DNA of 64,000 nucleotides, taken from Phycisphaerae bacterium (GTDB lineage Bacteria > Planctomycetota > Phycisphaerae > UBA1845 > Fen-1342). The stretch spans positions 256,001 to 320,000 of the forward strand of contig CAXXTC010000007.1 of NCBI GenBank assembly GCA_963666925.2, written 5' to 3'. Shown here piece by piece: positions 58,963 to 64,000 of the stretch (its first letter is position 1; every line of letters starts with the position of its first letter). A model generated the notes under the pieces. It saw nothing but the letters and a program-made list of their open reading frames with translations. It did not search any database and was not told the origin of the DNA. Position numbers and translations under genes: made by a program.

Positions 58963-61329
58963 ATGAAGACCGGCTCCCTGATATCGTCCCGGCTGCGTCC
59001 GCTGAGTCTGTTGTGCTTGTTTGGTGCGCTCGTCGTGGCCAGCAGTGCCCAGACCATCACGGTCGACAACGAGGATGCAGAGTTTTCGCTGCTCTCGGGT
59101 GAATGGTCGACCGGCACCTATGGCACGCCGTGGGGATCGTACTACCACTGGGCGATGACCACCGGGGTCGGCGAGGCGTCGGCGTCGGCGGAGTGGCGTC
59201 CGGATCTGCCTGTCAGCGGCTACTACTACGTCTCCGTCTACTACGTGCCGGGCACCAATCGCGCGGAGGACGCACCGTTCACCGTGCATCATGCCGGCGG
59301 CGACACGCTCGTTGAGATCAACCAGCAGATCAATGGCGAGACCTGGGTGCAACTGGGCGCGTTCAGCTTCAACGCCGGCACGAGCGGGTCGGTCGAGCTG
59401 AGCAACGATGCCGGCGCGAGCGTCGTTATCGCCGACGCCGTGCGTTTCGAGGCGGCGGTTACCACGGTTGAGCTGGCCATGCTGGTGAATCCCCCCGGGT
59501 GGGGCACAACCACGCCGGCGCCGGGCGGACCCTACGCGCAGTACCTGAACGAAGTGGTTCCGATATCGGCCGAGGCGTACGAGGGCTATTCGTTCCATCA
59601 CTGGGAGGTGACGGCCGGGGCGGCCGTGACCGATCCGAGTTCGCCGGATACGACCGTGGTCATGGACGAGGACAAGACGGTGCGTGCGGTGTTTGTTGCG
59701 GGTGGCAGCCCGAGCGAGGAGTTCCGCGGGTTCTGGGCGGACGCGTTCCACGTTGGGTTCAAAAGTACGTCGCAGATTGACGACATGATCACCCGCGCGC
59801 TGTCCGGCAATTACAACGCCATCCTGCCGGAGATCATGGCCTATCAGGATTCCGGCTCAAGCGCCCACGGCGCCTACTGGGACTCGGCGATCGTGCCGCA
59901 GGCGACCGACATCTCCGGCGGTATCGATCCGCTGGCGTATCTCGTGCAAGAGGCGCACGCCAACGGGCTCGAAGTGCACCCGTGGCTGGTGACGTTCCGG
60001 GCCTCGTCCAGTTGGCCGCCCAGCGGGAACACCACGCTCGCCAACCATCCCGAGTGGATCATGGTCACCGAGGACAACATCGGCGACGGCCCGCAGCCGA
60101 CCAACGGCAAGTACGAACTCGATCCCGGCTGCCCCGGCGTGCAGGAATACCTGCTCTCCATCGTCCGCGAGCTCGTCACCAACTACGACATCGACGGTAT
60201 TCATTGGGACTACATCCGCTACACCGATTCAACGTCGGGTTACCCGGCCTATACGTGGTTTGATGATTCCGGGCTGGCCCGCTTCAAGCGCATCAGCGGC
60301 TACAGCGGCACGCCGTCGCCGACCTACGGTGCCTGGTGCGACTTTCGGCGACGCGAGATCACCGAGCTGATCCGTCGGGTGCAGGTGGAGATCGCCACCA
60401 ACACGAACAATCCGCAGCAGCCGCTACGGCACTCGGCCGCGCTGGTTACGTGGGGCAATGCCCCGTCCAGCTTCGAGTCCACCAGTTCGTGGGCGGTGTT
60501 CCAGAACTGGCGCGAGTGGACCGAGCAGGGTTACCTCGACACGGCCATTCCGATGACTTACTACGACTACGATACGTACCCGCTCTGGTATCAGAACTGG
60601 GTCGACGCGTCCGTCGGGTGGTCCTACGATCGTCACTGCGTGATCGGCCCGGGCGTGTACCTCAACGACTTCGAAGATAGTCTCGTCGAGATCGAGTACA
60701 CCCGCAGCGCCGGCGCCGACGGTGTCTGCACCTATTCGTATGCTGACACCAACAGCGGCTCGTCAGAATGGGAGTGGTATACGGACTGGGCACCGGAGGT
60801 GTTTGACGAGCCCGCCGCCACGCCGGAGATGACCTGGCGCGACCCGCTGACGACATCGGAGGGCAACGTGTACGGGCGCGTCACAGATGGTGCTACCGGC
60901 GAGCCGATCGACGACGCCGAGATTGAGCTGGACGGTTCGGCGGTTGCGTACACTGATGGGAACGGGTTCTTCGTCATCACGCGCATCGGCGGCTCGACCG
61001 CCGGCGTGCCCGTGGCCATAACGGCAACGTACTCGGGCTACGCCGACGTGACCCGGTCGGCCGTGCTGGTCACCTGCGCTGGCTATACTGAAGCCAACTT
61101 GGCGTTCGGCGATTGGCGCAACGGCGACTACGACGTTGACGGCGACGTTGACGGCGACGATTTTGCCCAGTTTGAGGTGTACCTGACCGGCCCGGATCAG
61201 GGCCCGCCGGCGCCCGGCGGTGACCTGTTCGACTTCGACTTCGACGACGACATCGACCTGCACGACTTCCGCGACATGCAGCGAGACACGGGCTCGTCGC
61301 CGCCGCGTGGCTACGGCGCGGCCCGATAA
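58963..61329 (+). CDS. Secreted glycoside hydrolase-like family 10 (DUF187/YddW-like) protein with golvesin-like, InlB-like, carboxypeptidase-regulatory-like and dockerin-like domains
   Basis: ITVDNED..GTNRAEDA..WVQLG..VIADAVRF; EFRGFW, DPLAYLVQEAHANGLEVHPW, LDPG.PGV, YDIDGIHWDYIRY, QNWREW, PMTY; GDYDVDGDVDGDDF..DFDFDDDIDLHDF. Confidence 0.85.
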   Translation: MKTGSLISSRLRPLSLLCLFGALVVASSAQTITVDNEDAEFSLLSGEWSTGTYGTPWGSYYHWAMTTGVGEASASAEWRPDLPVSGYYYVSVYYVPGTNRAEDAPFTVHHAGGDTLVEINQQINGETWVQLGAFSFNAGTSGSVELSNDAGASVVIADAVRFEAAVTTVELAMLVNPPGWGTTTPAPGGPYAQYLNEVVPISAEAYEGYSFHHWEVTAGAAVTDPSSPDTTVVMDEDKTVRAVFVAGGSPSEEFRGFWADAFHVGFKSTSQIDDMITRALSGNYNAILPEIMAYQDSGSSAHGAYWDSAIVPQATDISGGIDPLAYLVQEAHANGLEVHPWLVTFRASSSWPPSGNTTLANHPEWIMVTEDNIGDGPQPTNGKYELDPGCPGVQEYLLSIVRELVTNYDIDGIHWDYIRYTDSTSGYPAYTWFDDSGLARFKRISGYSGTPSPTYGAWCDFRRREITELIRRVQVEIATNTNNPQQPLRHSAALVTWGNAPSSFESTSSWAVFQNWREWTEQGYLDTAIPMTYYDYDTYPLWYQNWVDASVGWSYDRHCVIGPGVYLNDFEDSLVEIEYTRSAGADGVCTYSYADTNSGSSEWEWYTDWAPEVFDEPAATPEMTWRDPLTTSEGNVYGRVTDGATGEPIDDAEIELDGSAVAYTDGNGFFVITRIGGSTAGVPVAITATYSGYADVTRSAVLVTCAGYTEANLAFGDWRNGDYDVDGDVDGDDFAQFEVYLTGPDQGPPAPGGDLFDFDFDDDIDLHDFRDMQRDTGSSPPRGYGAAR

Positions 61330-61877
61330 AGTAGCGATGCGAACACGACGGCCGCGATGATCCCGACCGCGTCAGCGATCAGACAGGCTCCCAGCGTGTG
61401 CCGCATGCGCCTGATGCCCACCGAGCCGAAATATACCGTCATGATGTAGAACGTCGTTTCGGTGCTGCCCTGCATGACTGAGGCGGCGTAGCCGATGAAG
61501 CTGTCCGGGCCGTGGTGTTCGAACAGCTCGAGCATCACACCGCGGGCACCGCTGCCCGACAGCGGGCGAACGATCGCCAGCGGAATCAGCTCCAGCTTTT
61601 CGGCATGTGCTTCCCAGCCGACCCAACCCAGCGCGACTGTCAGGGCCGACTTGATGTCCTCGATCGCACCACTGGCACGGAACACCGCGATCACGAGTAG
61701 AATGGCGACCAGGTAGGGGATGATCATGACGGCGATGCCGAAGCCTTCTTTGGCGCCGGTCACGAACGAGTCGTACATCGGCACGCGCCGAAACCACGCC
61801 ACCACCACGACCACCAGAATGATCGCCGGGATGGCCCACTGGCTGACCAGGTCTGCGATTTCCAACAAGCCTGCCAT
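61311..61877 (-). CDS. spmB: Spore maturation protein B-like membrane protein
   Basis: YDSFVTGAKEGF, IIPYLVAIL, RPLSGSGA, QGSTETTFY..VYFGSVGI. Confidence 0.9.
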   Translation of the reverse strand: MAGLLEIADLVSQWAIPAIILVVVVVAWFRRVPMYDSFVTGAKEGFGIAVMIIPYLVAILLVIAVFRASGAIEDIKSALTVALGWVGWEAHAEKLELIPLAIVRPLSGSGARGVMLELFEHHGPDSFIGYAASVMQGSTETTFYIMTVYFGSVGIRRMRHTLGACLIADAVGIIAAVVFASLLYRAAP

Positions 61878-62708
61878 CTAAGCACCCTCCTCGTGCGGCT
61901 CATCGGGGGCCGGTGTTGTTTCCACGGATGAACCCGTGGTGGGCGCGACGTCCGGCCGGCGGCGCAGCGGGTAAAAACGCCGCAATAGCCGAACGGCCAG
62001 AATGGCGGCGATCGTGCTGCACGTGGTTGCCAGGATGGTGGCGAAGATCACGCTGGCCGGGTCGCTGCTGCCGGCCGCCTTGCGATAGGCGACGATGGTG
62101 AACGCCACCAGCGAGATGCTGCTGGTGTTGATGGCCAGGAACATCACCATGCTGTCGCTGGCCGTCTTCTTATCGCGGTTGAGCGCCTGCAACTCCTTCA
62201 TCGCCTTGAGCCCCAGCGGCGTGGCCGCGTTGTCCAGCCCGAGCAGATTGGCGGCCAGGTTCATGACCACCGCGCCGCCCGCGGGATGGTCGCGCGGAAT
62301 GTCCGGGAACAGCCAGCGCAACACGGGCCGCAATAGCCGGGCCAGCAGCGTTACCAGGCCGGCGTCCTCGGCGATTTTCATGATGCCCAGCCACAACGCC
62401 ATCATGCCGATCAGCGCGATGCAGATCTCGACGCTGGACTGGGCCGAGTCGATGGCGGCATTGGTCAGACGCCGGCCCATCGCGCTGAGGGCACCGCTGC
62501 GCGATTGTTCCGCGGGTGCGACAGGTGTATCGTCAGCCGGCGCCGCCTGTGTGGTGGCCGGCTGAGCCTGTGTGGCGGTTGGTGCTGCCTGCGTTGCCGT
62601 CGGCTGCGGTTCCGGGGGGGCGGTTGTCGGCGGGGGGGCCAGGGCGGCCCTGCCGAAGCCATACACCAGCCCGATCGCCAACAATCCGAACCAGATCTTG
62701 TTCAGCAC
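61878..62708 (-). CDS. spmA: Spore maturation protein A-like nucleoside-recognition membrane protein
   Basis: MLNKIW, LWLGIMKIAE, LFPDIP..HPA, ANLLGLDNAATPLGLKAM, FLAINTSS; P/T/A-rich insert near the N-terminus. Confidence 0.9.
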   Translation of the reverse strand: MLNKIWFGLLAIGLVYGFGRAALAPPPTTAPPEPQPTATQAAPTATQAQPATTQAAPADDTPVAPAEQSRSGALSAMGRRLTNAAIDSAQSSVEICIALIGMMALWLGIMKIAEDAGLVTLLARLLRPVLRWLFPDIPRDHPAGGAVVMNLAANLLGLDNAATPLGLKAMKELQALNRDKKTASDSMVMFLAINTSSISLVAFTIVAYRKAAGSSDPASVIFATILATTCSTIAAILAVRLLRRFYPLRRRPDVAPTTGSSVETTPAPDEPHEEGA

Positions 62709-62878
62709 AACGTGTCTCCTGGCGGCCTGGGGGCGACTTGATCGGCCCGCCTATCGTAAACGAGCGCCGGCCCAGCCGCATCCGCCGTCAGATGCCGGCA
62801 CAGAACGCCCAACCGCCCGCGGCTGATGTCCGGGAATCGTGTGCCGCTCCGGGGCCGGTCGTTTCCGGCCGATCGGAT

Positions 62879-62887
62879 TGGTATAAT
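62879..62887 (+). promoter_or_regulatory. Extended -10 promoter element upstream of lepA
   Basis: TGgTATAAT about 47 bp upstream of the lepA ATG. Confidence 0.55.
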
Positions 62888-62934
62888 GCCGAATTCTCCG
62901 ATTGCGACGGACGGACCCCGGCCGGCAGAGGATC

Positions 62935-64000
62935 ATGGACCAGCAGCACATCCGCAATTTCTCGATCATCGCCCACATCGACCACGGCAAGAGCACGCTG
63001 GCGGACCGCCTGCTGCAACTGTCGGGTGCGGTCTCCGAGCGCGATCTCAGGGAGCAGTTACTCGACGGGATGGACCTAGAACGCGAGCGCGGCATAACGA
63101 TCAAGGCGTCGGCGGTAACGCTCGAGATGTCGGTCGATGGTCAGATGTACATGTTCAACCTGATCGACACGCCCGGGCACGTGGATTTTCACTACGAGGT
63201 CGACCGGGCGCTGGCGGCCTGCGACGGGGCGCTGCTGGTGGTCGACGCGACGCAGGGCGTGCAGGCCCAGACCGTCGCCAACGCCTACGCCGCCGTCGGC
63301 AACGACCTGGAAATTATCCCGGTCATCAACAAGATCGACCTGGCCAGCGCTCATCCCGAAGACGCCGCCCTCGAAGTCGAGCACGTCCTCGGCATCAGTG
63401 CCGACGATGTGCAGTTCGTCTCGGCCAAGAGTGGCGAGGGCGTGCTGGAGATGATCCAGGCGATCGCGCGCCTCCTGCCGCCGCCCAAGGGCGACGCCGA
63501 CGGGCCGCTTCAGGCACTCATTTTCGACAGCGAGTACAACGATTATCGGGGCGTGATCTGCTACATTCGGCTCGTCTCGGGCACGGTGCGCAAGGGTCAG
63601 AAGATCCTGCTCATGGGCCGGAAGCGAACGTACCTGATCACCGAATTGGGTAAGTTCCGCCCCAAGATGACCGCCTGCGAGCAGCTCTCCGCCGGCGAGA
63701 CCGGCTACATGGTCGCGAGCATCAAGGCGCTCCAGGACGTGACTGTCGGCGACACCATCACCGACGCCGTCCATCCGGCCGAGAAGCCCCTGCCCGGCTA
63801 CCAGCCGCCGCAACACATGGTGTTCTGCGATTTCTACCCGTCCAGCGGCGAGACTTACGACGCTCTGCGCGAGGCGCTCGAGCGCCTCAGCCTCAACGAT
63901 TCGTCGTTTACATTCTCACCCCAGCACAGTGATGCGCTCGGCCCGGGCTATCGGTGCGGCTTCCTCGGCCTGCTGCACATGGACATCGTCCAGGAGCGGC
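62935..64000 (+). CDS. lepA: Elongation factor 4, partial (runs off the right edge)
   Basis: MDQQHIRNFSIIAHIDHGKSTLADR, ERERGITIK, LIDTPGHVDFHYEV, QGVQAQT, NKIDL, LGPGYRCGFLGLLHMDIVQER. Confidence 0.97.
   Translation, partial: MDQQHIRNFSIIAHIDHGKSTLADRLLQLSGAVSERDLREQLLDGMDLERERGITIKASAVTLEMSVDGQMYMFNLIDTPGHVDFHYEVDRALAACDGALLVVDATQGVQAQTVANAYAAVGNDLEIIPVINKIDLASAHPEDAALEVEHVLGISADDVQFVSAKSGEGVLEMIQAIARLLPPPKGDADGPLQALIFDSEYNDYRGVICYIRLVSGTVRKGQKILLMGRKRTYLITELGKFRPKMTACEQLSAGETGYMVASIKALQDVTVGDTITDAVHPAEKPLPGYQPPQHMVFCDFYPSSGETYDALREALERLSLNDSSFTFSPQHSDALGPGYRCGFLGLLHMDIVQER

Noticed and set aside
61311..62708. Sporulation capability from spmA/spmB
   Set aside because: SpmA/SpmB homologs are widespread in non-sporulating bacteria, and no other sporulation genes are present.

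Overview
High-GC bacterial chromosomal window, most likely from an anaerobic Planctomycetota (Phycisphaerae-like). That assignment is an inference from the Cys-containing dockerin-like domains, the prepilin/H-Xn-DG proteins and a PEP-CTERM protein. It runs from the 5' end of eno to the 5' part of lepA and holds about 45 genes. Housekeeping genes include eno, pcm, folD, cysC, obgE, coaX, an mnmE-like GTPase, spmA/spmB and lepA. Metabolic modules are iorA plus an IorB/ADP-forming acyl-CoA synthetase fusion, a non-pyrrolysine MttB + corrinoid + homocysteine methyltransferase operon, and a Cys-type group 1a-like [NiFe] hydrogenase with HybA/HybB. There is also an SbcD/Mre11 + GIY-YIG nuclease fusion. 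The secretome is large: five dockerin-bearing proteins in two dockerin classes (including a gingipain-like protease), four pilin-like proteins with non-canonical cleavage motifs, a PEP-CTERM protein and a protein with a candidate Cys-type sorting tail. Two families of GTGG-type REP-like palindromes sit in intergenic regions, two genes carry single-base frameshifts, and G/C strand bias flips at about 16-17 kb regardless of gene strand. No CRISPR array, tRNA, rRNA, transposase or integrase was seen. All calls come from motif recognition by eye; no database search was run.
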